Origin: Candidatus Levyibacteriota bacterium
Lineage (GTDB): Bacteria > Patescibacteriota > Microgenomatia > Levybacterales > UBA12049
Assembly (NCBI GenBank): GCA_016204425.1
Contig: JACQKR010000046.1
Location: 1-41,983 of the forward strand
Length of the DNA: 41,983 nucleotides
Reading direction: 5' to 3'
Below are positions 1-7,986 of this stretch, one piece after another (positions within the stretch are counted from its first letter, which is position 1; every line of letters starts with the position of its first letter). Below the pieces are notes generated by a model. It was not told the origin of the DNA, ran no database searches, and was given only the letters and a program-made list of their open reading frames with translations. The position numbers and the translations under genes are program-made.

Positions 1-203
1 GTACTACCTATATAGTACTTCCTATCTTTTTTACTTTGTAATATATAGGCAGTAAACATTGTAATAAGCCACTAGCCCCGACGAATTTCATTCGTGCGGG
101 ATTCCGATGGCAACGACCATCGGAAACGAACGCGGCGAATACCATCAGCCCCGCCTTGCGCGGGACTGAAAGATTATATCCTAAAATCACTCTCGAAACA
201 ATG

Positions 204-869
204 TTACGACCGTAATTTTCTTCGTAATACTTCAAGAAGTGACCGTGCTGTGTCTTGTCCACCAAGACCGAATGCGATTCCTCCTGCAATAGCGATCATC
301 GCCACAAACCCAGTAAAGAGAATGCGAATGAGATCCTGGGCAACGCCAAGCTGATTCAGCACCGCAAGCATTACAAATACGGTGATTGCCCACCGTGTAA
401 TTGATGCGATTGCTTGGGACACGTCTTCTGAAACACCACGAGTTGAGCCAAGGACCACATCATGCGCTAATCGAGCAAAGACGAGTCCGACAAGTGCGAT
501 AATTGCTGCGACAAAAACATTTGGCAAGTACAGCAAGAATGCATTGAGTACGGTGACAATTTGTGGTATTCCCCAGACTTCGGCTGTTGGAATAAGGAAA
601 ATAATGATTACAAACCAGCGAATAATCTCAGCCAAAATATTCGACCAAGAAAATTCTTTTTTCGCCTCCGGCACGCCGTATCGATGCAAAAATCCTTCAA
701 CGTTTAAGGCTTTTGCTATTCCAAGAACGAGGCGTTTCACAAAGGATGCGACGATAAAACCGATGAGAAGAAGGACAACGCCTGCGATCAAGTTTGGAAT
801 AAACGTGGCGGCTGCCAGAAACCCTCTGTTGATTGAGGAAATAAGGGTTTCCCCGACATTTGATGTCAT
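204..869 (-). CDS. Multi-pass membrane protein with repeated 'conserved TM helix' units (MscS N-terminal-like); function unknown
   Basis: 221-aa ORF with ATG at 869-867, preceded by an AAGGGGGGTGA Shine-Dalgarno. Several hydrophobic helices are each followed by charged loops (IAGVVLLLIGFIVASFVKRLV, VAAIIALVGLVFARLAHD, AITVFVMLAVLNQLGV). Family assigned from memory, not searched. Confidence 0.7.
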   Translation of the reverse strand: MTSNVGETLISSINRGFLAAATFIPNLIAGVVLLLIGFIVASFVKRLVLGIAKALNVEGFLHRYGVPEAKKEFSWSNILAEIIRWFVIIIFLIPTAEVWGIPQIVTVLNAFLLYLPNVFVAAIIALVGLVFARLAHDVVLGSTRGVSEDVSQAIASITRWAITVFVMLAVLNQLGVAQDLIRILFTGFVAMIAIAGGIAFGLGGQDTARSLLEVLRRKLRS

Positions 870-1001
870 AGTTTCACCCCCCTTCGCCTCGCCGTAGCTT
901 GAGCGGAGGCGGGTTTATCTACCCTAGCTACTGAGATGTAATAAAGTTTATATCTCATTGCTTCGGAGGGGCACGCCTCTGGACTTATTATTAGGACAGC
1001 T
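870..1001 (-). promoter_or_regulatory. Structured 5' leader, copy 1 of 3 (SD-sequestering GCGAAGGGGGGTGA box)
   Basis: In gene orientation: CCCCTCCGAAGC (rc of 960-971), then 46 nt containing a TGAGAT/ATCTCA hairpin, then CCCGCCTCCGC (rc of 903-913), TCAAGCTACGGCGAG, GCGAAGGGGGG (rc of 877-887), TGAAACT and ATG. It aligns with the leaders at 16129-16223 and 22319-22420. Confidence 0.45.
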
Positions 1002-1008
1002 TTTCTCC

Positions 1009-1037
1009 AGTCTATGACGATATTCTCGTGTTGTCAA
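1009..1037 (-). promoter_or_regulatory. Sigma70-like promoter TTGACA-17-TAGACT for the 204..869 gene and its leader
   Basis: rc of 1032-1037 is TTGACA and rc of 1009-1014 is TAGACT, with a 17-nt spacer. This predicts a leader of about 130 nt. Confidence 0.5.
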
Positions 1038-1128
1038 GATTTACTTTATATATGCTATAATATTTCGAAGCTGATTCTTGGCTAACAAAACAGTTAAGGG
1101 TTAATTGTTAACTGTGAATTGTTATCTT

Positions 1129-1200
1129 GGGCCGTTAGCTCAGCGGTAGAGCAGGAGCCTTTTAAGCTCTTGGTCGGAGGTTCGAATCCTCCACGGCTCA
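1129..1200 (+). tRNA. tRNA-Lys (anticodon UUU), no encoded CCA
   Basis: Hand-folded cloverleaf. Acceptor GGGCCGT/ACGGCTC with one G-U pair, D arm GCTC-AGCGGTA-GAGC, anticodon arm GGAGC-CTTTTAA-GCTCT, T arm GGAGG-TTCGAAT-CCTCC, discriminator A. Confidence 0.9.
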
Positions 1201-1329
1201 CTACAAAAATTTTATGCTTTTGCATGAGATTTTTGTAGATGACTTAATGAGATTTGTCTCGAATCTGGACTTCCTTGATTTGTTACTCAAAATAGCAGGA
1301 CATCCCGCATAGCGGGACTCCACGCTCAC
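1201..1329 (+). repeat. tRNA-Lys trailer element, copy 1, ending in an echo of the tRNA 3' terminus
   Basis: Hairpin CTACAAAAAT..ATTTTTGTAG (1201-1238), ATGAC..AATGAGA..GTCTCGAATCTGGA (TCTCGAATC at 1257-1265), hairpin TCCCGC-ATA-GCGGGA, then CTCCACGCTCAC (1318-1329). This last block repeats the tRNA end CTCCACGGCTCAC (1189-1201) with a 1-nt deletion. Homologous to 23394-23515. Confidence 0.55.
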
Positions 1330-1376
1330 AACGACTAAACATTTAGCCATTAGAAAGTGATAAAAGGAGAAGTTAA

Positions 1377-2810
1377 ATGGAAAATCAGTATGACTTAATC
1401 ATTATTGGTGGCGGAGCAGGCGCATTTGCAGCTGCGATTAAAGCAAATGAGCTTGGAGCAAAAACCCTTATGGTTAATCAGGGACTTCCTTTAGGTGGAA
1501 CCTGTGTGAACGTTGGTTGTGTACCATCAAAAACCCTTCTTTGGGCTGGCGAGGTTATGCACCTTGCCAAAAACCATAAAATTCCAGGAATTGATATTGA
1601 GGTTAAGAATTTTGATTTTGCAACCTTTGTCCAGCATGAAATTGATTTAGTAGCAAAATTGAGAGATGAAAAATACGAGAAAGTATTACGCCAATTAGAA
1701 AATGTCACTCATATAGAAGGAAAAGCAACCTTTCTTTCTCCAATTGAGATTGGAGTGAATGGACCCCACTTCGCTGAAGCTTCGAGGGGCAAGCAAAAAT
1801 ATACTGCCAAGAAGTTTATTATCGCAGCTGGCTCTACTGCTACTGTTCCGCCCATAGAAAACATTAGAGAAGTAGGTTTTATTACCCATATTGAAGCGTT
1901 ACAGCTCAAACAACAACCAAGAGAGCTTATTGTTGTTGGGGCAGGAGCAGTTGGGCTTGAGTTTGCTCAAATGTATGCTCGTTTTGGGACAAAAGTAACA
2001 GTACTTCACAGAGGATCATCTATTTTTCGGGGCGAAGAAGAATTGATTGCAAGATTAGCAGAGGTACTTACAGATGAAGGCATAACTATTAAAACAAATG
2101 CCCAAGTTAAAAGTGCGAGAAAAGAAGGAGATAAAAAAATTGTTTCTTATAGTATTGATGGCAAAACAGAGGAAGTATCAGGAGATGAAATCTTGCTTGC
2201 TGTTGGAAAAACACCCAATACCCAAGGATTAGAACTTGATAAAGTTGGCGTTGCTATCGATGAAAAACAAGCAATCAAGGTAAATCCGCAATTTCAAACC
2301 ACACAAGCTCATGTCTATGCGGTTGGAGATATAACCAATGCTCCACTACGTCTTGAGCCAACAGCTGGAAGAGAAGGCACGCTAGCTGCTGAAAATGCAC
2401 TTAAAGGTGCTCAAAATAGCATTGACTATAACAGCGTTCCTTGGACTATTTTTACAGACCCTCAGCTAGCAGGAGTAGGATTTACTGAGGAGGAACAAAT
2501 GAAAAGATTTGGTACTTGCATGTGCAAGACTGTTTCTTTTAAAGATGTACCAAAAGCCCTGATTCTCAACAGAACTGAAGGATTCATTAAAATGGCAATT
2601 CATCCTGATACAAAGCAAATTATGGGTGTCCATATCTTGGCTCCAAATGCAGGAGAGCTAATAGCAGAAGCGATGGTGCTTATCAAAAATAAAAATACTA
2701 TTGATGATGTAATTAACTCATTGCCAATGTTCCCAACCCTTTCAGAAGCAATTAAAATTGTTGCATTATCGTTTACTAACGATATTAGCAAATTAAGTTG
2801 CTGTGTTTAA
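1377..2810 (+). CDS. merA: Mercuric reductase (MerA core, no N-terminal NmerA metal-binding domain)
   Basis: 477 aa with AAGGAG SD. FAD-binding GGGAGAFAAA, redox-active GGTCVNVGCVPSK, a second GAGAVGLE dinucleotide fold, and a C-terminal vicinal cysteine pair (KLSCCV) characteristic of MerA. Confidence 0.8.
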   Translation: MENQYDLIIIGGGAGAFAAAIKANELGAKTLMVNQGLPLGGTCVNVGCVPSKTLLWAGEVMHLAKNHKIPGIDIEVKNFDFATFVQHEIDLVAKLRDEKYEKVLRQLENVTHIEGKATFLSPIEIGVNGPHFAEASRGKQKYTAKKFIIAAGSTATVPPIENIREVGFITHIEALQLKQQPRELIVVGAGAVGLEFAQMYARFGTKVTVLHRGSSIFRGEEELIARLAEVLTDEGITIKTNAQVKSARKEGDKKIVSYSIDGKTEEVSGDEILLAVGKTPNTQGLELDKVGVAIDEKQAIKVNPQFQTTQAHVYAVGDITNAPLRLEPTAGREGTLAAENALKGAQNSIDYNSVPWTIFTDPQLAGVGFTEEEQMKRFGTCMCKTVSFKDVPKALILNRTEGFIKMAIHPDTKQIMGVHILAPNAGELIAEAMVLIKNKNTIDDVINSLPMFPTLSEAIKIVALSFTNDISKLSCCV

Positions 2811-2934
2811 AGGCTTTGCTTTGGCATTTATCCTTCATGACAGGTAAGTTAATCTAGATGGGTTCGTTGTTAACGCTAAATGTATTCTCTGGATTTTTTA
2901 AGAAAGGCACTAAATCCCGGCAGCTCTCTCTTAC

Positions 2935-3215
2935 CTAGAAGCTAATTCTAACTGACCAATAGCTCTATGAATTAGAGTGAAATCATGAGGTTTCATTTCT
3001 CCAACAATATTTTTCCATCCCAGATCGTTATTATCTGATGGAGGCCAAAACCATGGGAATCGATCGTATCCTTCAAGTGCAGGCCTAGTATCATTAAAGG
3101 GAACTTGAACTCAGGATAAATAATTGTTGAATTGGTAAGAAACTGCTGTGTTTGTTGCATAATGATCTCTGGATAGTCTAAACTACCAATGATTTTCCGG
3201 GAGAAATCATCCTAC
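2935..3215 (-). pseudogene. Possible decayed gene fragment (unknown family)
   Basis: The minus strand reads DDFSRKIIGSLDYPEIIMQQTQQFLTNSTIIYPEFK. After a frame change it reads VQVPFNDTRPALEGYDRFPWFWPPSDNNDLGWKNIVGEMKPHDFTLIHRAIGQLELASR*. The text is protein-like, but there is no start codon and one frame break. Confidence 0.25.
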
Positions 3216-3243
3216 TTAGCGAGAGCCAGATTTTAGCTTCCTC

Positions 3244-3272
3244 TTGATTTTTACTTTCTAACAGCATATAGT
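3244..3272 (+). promoter_or_regulatory. Sigma70-like promoter TTGATT-17-TATAGT for the protease gene
   Basis: TTGATT at 3244-3249, 17-nt spacer, TATAGT at 3267-3272. The GTG at 3271 lies inside the -10, which argues for the ATG at 3286 as the start. Confidence 0.5.
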
Positions 3273-3285
3273 GATAATATCAACT

Positions 3286-4533
3286 ATGTTTAGTGGTAGA
3301 TTTAGATATGTATTCATTGCTTCTCTATTGCTTCTGTTCGTCTTAGGGGGTGTTTTATTATTTCAAGCAGGTCTTAAGGTAAAGGCTCAAGGAAAGCCTG
3401 ATGTTATCCCCAACAACTTTATCGTTGTATTGAAAGACAATGTTGGTAATCCCCAAGATGTTGCAAATGAAATGGCACGTACCCACGGTCTTTCTGTTGA
3501 GCATGTGTACACCACAGCCCTCAAAGGTTTTTCAGCGACAATCCCTCAAGCAAGGCTTATAAAAGTAAAAGGTGACCCTCGTGTTCAATTTGTCTCGGAG
3601 GATAGAGTCGTTGAGGCATTTGCGCAGTCAACTCCGGCCGGGATCAGTCGGGTAAATGCGCCGGTAAATCCCAATAAAGGAACAGGTATCGGAGTGGCAG
3701 TTATTGATACCGGCATTGATTTAACACATCCCGATCTACAAGCCAACATCGTCGCAAACAAAAGCTGTATTAGAGGAAAGAGAACAGGCAATGATGATAA
3801 TGGTCATGGTAGCCATGTTGCTGGAACTATTGCCGCACTTAATAACACCGTCGGCGTCGTTGGAGTTTCTCCTGAGGCAAAACTACTTGCTGTCAAAGTA
3901 CTTAATTCAGCAGGTTCGGGAAGTTGGTCAACGGTTATCTGCGGGGTTGATTGGGTGACAGCAAACGCGGGGACCTACAACATCAAGGTTGCTAACATGA
4001 GCTTAGGTGGCGGTGGTAGTAGTGATAATAATTGTGGGAACACGAACAATGATGCCCTGCATAAAGCAATTTGTAAATCAACTGCCGTAGGCATTATCTA
4101 TGCAGTAGCAGCTGGCAATAGCACCGATGATGCAAGCAAATTTGTTCCTGCTGCCTACGATGATACAGTTATTACTGTATCGGCACTTGCGGATTCTGAT
4201 GGTCAACCAGGAGGATTGGGCGGAGCAACCAGCTATGGAGCAGATGATACCTTTGCCAGCTTTAGCAACTATGGTAATGTTGTTGATCTTGGTGCTCCTG
4301 GAGTTTCCATCTATTCTACTTGGAAGAGTGGCGGATATAATACGATCAGCGGGACAAGTATGGCTAGTCCACATGTGGCAGGATCAGCTGCCCTGTATGT
4401 TAAATCACATCCTGGTTCTACATGGTCTCAGGTACGAGATGGATTAGTAGCTGAGGCAGAAGCTCTCAATGCAGGGCATACAGACTCATCCGGACTTCAC
4501 CCAGAACCTGTGGTGGAAGCAAGTACCCTCTAG
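3286..4533 (+). CDS. Secreted subtilisin-like serine protease (peptidase S8) with I9-type propeptide
   Basis: N-terminal hydrophobic signal/anchor and an inhibitor-I9-like propeptide (FIVVLKD...GFSA). Catalytic triad motifs VAVIDTGID (Asp), GHGSHVAGTIAA (His), GTSMASPHVAG (Ser). The ORF-track start at 3271 is unlikely (see promoter). Confidence 0.88.
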   Translation: MFSGRFRYVFIASLLLLFVLGGVLLFQAGLKVKAQGKPDVIPNNFIVVLKDNVGNPQDVANEMARTHGLSVEHVYTTALKGFSATIPQARLIKVKGDPRVQFVSEDRVVEAFAQSTPAGISRVNAPVNPNKGTGIGVAVIDTGIDLTHPDLQANIVANKSCIRGKRTGNDDNGHGSHVAGTIAALNNTVGVVGVSPEAKLLAVKVLNSAGSGSWSTVICGVDWVTANAGTYNIKVANMSLGGGGSSDNNCGNTNNDALHKAICKSTAVGIIYAVAAGNSTDDASKFVPAAYDDTVITVSALADSDGQPGGLGGATSYGADDTFASFSNYGNVVDLGAPGVSIYSTWKSGGYNTISGTSMASPHVAGSAALYVKSHPGSTWSQVRDGLVAEAEALNAGHTDSSGLHPEPVVEASTL

Positions 4534-4784
4534 CACTTCTTAAATTAGTTTGCATATACAGGAATTTGATCTGGTACCGCTGAAATGAAGCGTTAATTCT
4601 GCTTAAATAGGATTCAAAGGCGTTCCATTCTTGGGGACACCCGGCTCACAAAAAAATTTCGTTCCTTGCTTTATGTGCTACCTGAGTCATGTATGATCCG
4701 GGCAAAGCATAGACATCAATTGGCGTTATCTGAACTTCAGTGCGAGAAAAGGAGTATGTACATCTTATCACTTAATTTGTTGTA

Positions 4785-4813
4785 TTGCTATCCTCAGACT
4801 TTTTCTCTATAAT
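4785..4813 (+). promoter_or_regulatory. Sigma70-like promoter TTGCTA-17-TATAAT upstream of the uvrA uORF
   Basis: TTGCTA at 4785-4790, 17-nt spacer, TATAAT at 4808-4813. Confidence 0.5.
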
Positions 4814-4840
4814 TATTGATTGCACTTTTTCTCATAATTT

Positions 4841-4957
4841 ATGGAAAAAATCGTCATCAAAGGAGCACGGGAGCACCCCACTTCTGCTTACCTCTTCTCG
4901 TGGCCTTCGTCCACGCAGTCGAGGGGCGCATACGAGGGGCAGGTAACCTCAAAGTAA
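4841..4957 (+). other. 38-codon uORF made of a diverged duplicate of uvrA codons 1-12 plus an 81-nt insert; its stop lies 1 nt before the uvrA ATG
   Basis: atggaaaaaatcgtcatcaaaggagcacgggagcac (4841-4876) versus uvrA atggaaaagataattattaaaggagcaagagagcac (4959-4994): 29/36 identical, MEKIVIKGAREH versus [12 protein letters not shown]. The uORF continues [26 protein letters not shown], ends with TAA at 4955-4957, and the uvrA ATG is at 4959. Confidence 0.5.
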
Positions 4958-4958
4958 T

Positions 4959-7856
4959 ATGGAAAAGATAATTATTAAAGGAGCAAGAGAGCACAATTTA
5001 AAAAACATAAACCTGGAGTTACCGAAAGACAAGCTTGTTGTCCTGACGGGTTTGTCGGGGAGCGGGAAGTCATCTCTCGCTTTCGACACGATTTATGCGG
5101 AAGGGCAGCGCCGGTATGTTGAGAGTCTTTCATCCTACGCACGGCAGTTCTTAGGTACAATGAAGAAACCGGATGTCGATCTTATCGAGGGTTTGTCTCC
5201 TGCAATATCGATTGACCAGAAGTCCACGTCTCATAATCCCCGCTCAACTGTCGGGACGGTGACTGAGATTTATGATTATCTCAGGCTTCTTTTCGCACGC
5301 GTGGGGCATCCACACTGCACCAACTGCGGCCGTGAAATAGCGCAGCAGTCAAAAGAACAGATAACGAGCTCGATTCTGAATATGGTCAATACCCACAAGG
5401 AGCATACGAAGCCGAATTTGCCGCTTTTTATTCTCGCCCCACTCGTTAAGGATAGAAAGGGGGAATATGCAGATTTATTTGACTCGCTGAAAAAGCGGGG
5501 GTATAACAAAGTTCGCATTGATAAACAGATTTTTACGCTGGATGAGGATATTGTTCTTATCAAAACAAACAAGCACACGATTGATCTTGTTATCGATACG
5601 GTTTCCTTATCAAAAGAGACTGATAAAACACGTATTGCGACGGATGTCGAACATGCCCTCAAATTCGGTAATGGCGAGATGATGGTGTCGCTCATCAAAG
5701 ACGCGGCGTTCACCATTCCCGACAAGCCGAAAAAAATGGAAGACCATCTATTTTCAGAGAAATTTGCATGCCCCGTGTGCAATATTTCAATTCGGGAGGT
5801 AGAGCCCCGGATATTTTCGTTTAATACACCGCATGGTGCCTGTGCAAACTGTTCCGGAATCGGAAGAGTACTCAGTATCGATAGGGAACTCGTATTTAAT
5901 AGCATTCTTTCCATTAATGAAGGCGGAATTCTCCCTTTCTTTAACCTGACAAATAACGATACCTGGTTCTCGCGTACCTTTAAAACGTTTTGTGAAGACA
6001 ACAGTATTTCGCTTAACCAGCCATTAGGCGAGATGGAGGAGAAGAAAAAAACACTCTTGCTAAACGGTACAGGGAGTAAAGAATATGAAGTATATGGAGA
6101 GAATCGGTGGGGGAAAGGAACAATGATAAAGGAGGCATTTCAGGGTATCGCATATGAGCTGAAGAGGCGGTACAGTGAGTCGGAATCACAATACGTGAGG
6201 ACCCAGATCGAGAAGTTCATGCGCTATGAAACGTGTCCTGATTGTAACGGTGCACGGCTGAAGAAAGAAGCGCTCAGCGTCACCATCAATAAGAAATCAA
6301 TCGTTGATGTTTGTGAGATGTCAATTGAGAACGCTTCACTGTTCTTTGCGTCATTACCCACCGTACTCTCGGATCGGGAGAAAGAGATCGGGAAGCTTAT
6401 TTTTCGGGAGGTTAGTCAGCGGATACAGTTTCTCATCGATGTGGGATTGGAATATCTGACGTTGAACCGGGCGGCAGCGACTTTGGCGGGCGGAGAGGCA
6501 CAGCGAATACGGCTTGCCTCCCAAATCGGCAGCGGTCTGACTGGAGTACTGTATGTGCTTGACGAGCCTTCGATCGGATTGCATCAGCGCGACAATGAGA
6601 AGCTCGTTGAAACACTGAAAAAGTTGCGGGACCTGGGGAACACCGTCGTTGTCGTAGAGCATGATGAGGATACGATGAAAGCTGCAGATTTTATTGTTGA
6701 TTTTGGTCCCGGTGCAGGACTCAATGGAGGAAATGTGGTAGCTCAGGGAACGATACAAGACATAATGAAATCGAAAGAGTCAATCACGGGAAAGTACTTA
6801 TCGGGTGAGAGAAAAATTAAAATTCAAAAACCAGACAAGCTCGCAGGGGCAGCTCCGGATATTGCCTCTCTGAAATTGATCGGGGCATCGGAACACAACC
6901 TGAAGGATATCTCGGTCGAATTTCCTCTTCACAAGCTTATCGTTGTCACGGGAGTGTCGGGAAGCGGCAAGTCGACCTTGGTGAATGACATTCTTCATCA
7001 CGCATTGATGCAGATGCAGAATCCGTTTCACAGGGAGAAGCCGGGGAAGTTTAAAACCATTATTGGTCATGAGTATATCAAACACGTATTCGCGATAGAT
7101 CAATCTCCTATCGGGAGGACTCCACGGAGCAATCCGGCGACGTATACCGGGTGCTTCAGCTACATTCGTGATATTTTTGCCAAAACAAAAGAAGCAAAGC
7201 TTCGCGGCTACGGCCCGGGGCGCTTCTCATTTAATGTTCGAGGGGGTCGGTGTGAAGCGTGTGAAGGTGAAGGACAGATAAAAATAGAAATGCAGTTTTT
7301 GCCCGATGTATATATCACGTGTGAGATCTGTCAGGGAAAGCAATATAACGCAGAAGCACTTGAAGTGCTGTTTCATGAAAAAAATATCGCCGATGTTTTG
7401 GATATGAGTGTTGCAGAAGCGCTTACATTTTTTTCATTTGTTCCCGGCCTCTCGCATAAACTCCAGACCCTCTTTGATGTCGGACTATCCTACATTGGCA
7501 TCGGGCAGCCTGCTCCGACACTGTCCGGTGGAGAAGCACAGCGCGTAAAGCTCGCAACAGAGCTGTCGAAAAAGGGAAGGGATGCGTTGTATCTTCTTGA
7601 TGAGCCGACGACCGGGCTTCACTTTGCAGATTTAGAGAAGTTACTTCTCGTCCTTCGGAAGCTTGTTGATATCGGTAATTCTGTTGTTGTCATAGAGCAT
7701 AATCTGGATGTTATAAAGAATGCAGACTATATTATAGATCTTGGCCCCGAAGGTGGGGACAAGGGTGGAGAAGTCGTTGCGATGGGTACTCCCGAGGAGA
7801 TTGCCGCAAACCCCCGCTCTTACACAGGAAAATTCCTCAAAAAAGTTCTACAATAA
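4959..7856 (+). CDS. uvrA: Excinuclease ABC subunit A (UvrA)
   Basis: 965 aa. Two ABC ATPase modules ([14 protein letters not shown] and [13 protein letters not shown] Walker A; LSGGEAQR signatures twice). Zinc-finger cysteine clusters CPVC..CANC and [12 protein letters not shown]. Confidence 0.97.
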   Translation: MEKIIIKGAREHNLKNINLELPKDKLVVLTGLSGSGKSSLAFDTIYAEGQRRYVESLSSYARQFLGTMKKPDVDLIEGLSPAISIDQKSTSHNPRSTVGTVTEIYDYLRLLFARVGHPHCTNCGREIAQQSKEQITSSILNMVNTHKEHTKPNLPLFILAPLVKDRKGEYADLFDSLKKRGYNKVRIDKQIFTLDEDIVLIKTNKHTIDLVIDTVSLSKETDKTRIATDVEHALKFGNGEMMVSLIKDAAFTIPDKPKKMEDHLFSEKFACPVCNISIREVEPRIFSFNTPHGACANCSGIGRVLSIDRELVFNSILSINEGGILPFFNLTNNDTWFSRTFKTFCEDNSISLNQPLGEMEEKKKTLLLNGTGSKEYEVYGENRWGKGTMIKEAFQGIAYELKRRYSESESQYVRTQIEKFMRYETCPDCNGARLKKEALSVTINKKSIVDVCEMSIENASLFFASLPTVLSDREKEIGKLIFREVSQRIQFLIDVGLEYLTLNRAAATLAGGEAQRIRLASQIGSGLTGVLYVLDEPSIGLHQRDNEKLVETLKKLRDLGNTVVVVEHDEDTMKAADFIVDFGPGAGLNGGNVVAQGTIQDIMKSKESITGKYLSGERKIKIQKPDKLAGAAPDIASLKLIGASEHNLKDISVEFPLHKLIVVTGVSGSGKSTLVNDILHHALMQMQNPFHREKPGKFKTIIGHEYIKHVFAIDQSPIGRTPRSNPATYTGCFSYIRDIFAKTKEAKLRGYGPGRFSFNVRGGRCEACEGEGQIKIEMQFLPDVYITCEICQGKQYNAEALEVLFHEKNIADVLDMSVAEALTFFSFVPGLSHKLQTLFDVGLSYIGIGQPAPTLSGGEAQRVKLATELSKKGRDALYLLDEPTTGLHFADLEKLLLVLRKLVDIGNSVVVIEHNLDVIKNADYIIDLGPEGGDKGGEVVAMGTPEEIAANPRSYTGKFLKKVLQ

Positions 7857-7986
7857 AGACTGACTATCACTATGTCATGCTGAAACCGCCCGAGGCGAGG
7901 CTTGCTGTTGGTGGCTTGATTCAGGATCTACTTTATTTGAGATGCTGAAATAAATTCAGCATGACATACCTAACATAGTAATATAT

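Noticed and set aside
1239-1317. Short ORFs inside the tRNA-Lys trailers (MRFVSNLDFLDLLLKIAGHPA at 1248-1313; MTMRESSRIRSSAERRPGTKRTGLSGSLHS at 23434-23526) as conserved micropeptides
   Set aside because: The two trailers align at the nucleotide level with a 1-nt register shift, so the peptides are unrelated. Conservation is in RNA/DNA motifs, not in a reading frame.
4534-4840. Minus-strand reading ..TEVQITPIDVYALPGSYMTQVAHKARNEIFL-TGA-AGCPQEWNAFESYLSRINASFQRYQIKF.. as a second UGA-containing gene
   Set aside because: I recognise no family. The continuation runs antisense into the protease gene, and there is no credible start. I treat it only as possible decayed coding sequence.
5276-6001. 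241-aa minus-strand ORF inside uvrA, and other long antisense ORFs such as 382..897, 6354..6758, 8599..8922, 24156..24614, 26077..26436, 30480..30952 and 32837..33286
   Set aside because: They lie antisense to genes with unambiguous conserved motifs, have Ser/Arg/Leu-rich composition typical of antisense frames, and have no start context.
7873-7968. Inverted repeat TATGTCATGCTGAA ... TTCAGCATGACATA plus the inner hairpin ATGCTGAA-ATAAA-TTCAGCAT between uvrA and the transglutaminase-like gene, as MITE termini
   Set aside because: Only about 95 nt separate the arms, no target duplication is visible and I saw no other copy. It is more simply a uvrA terminator or attenuator hairpin.
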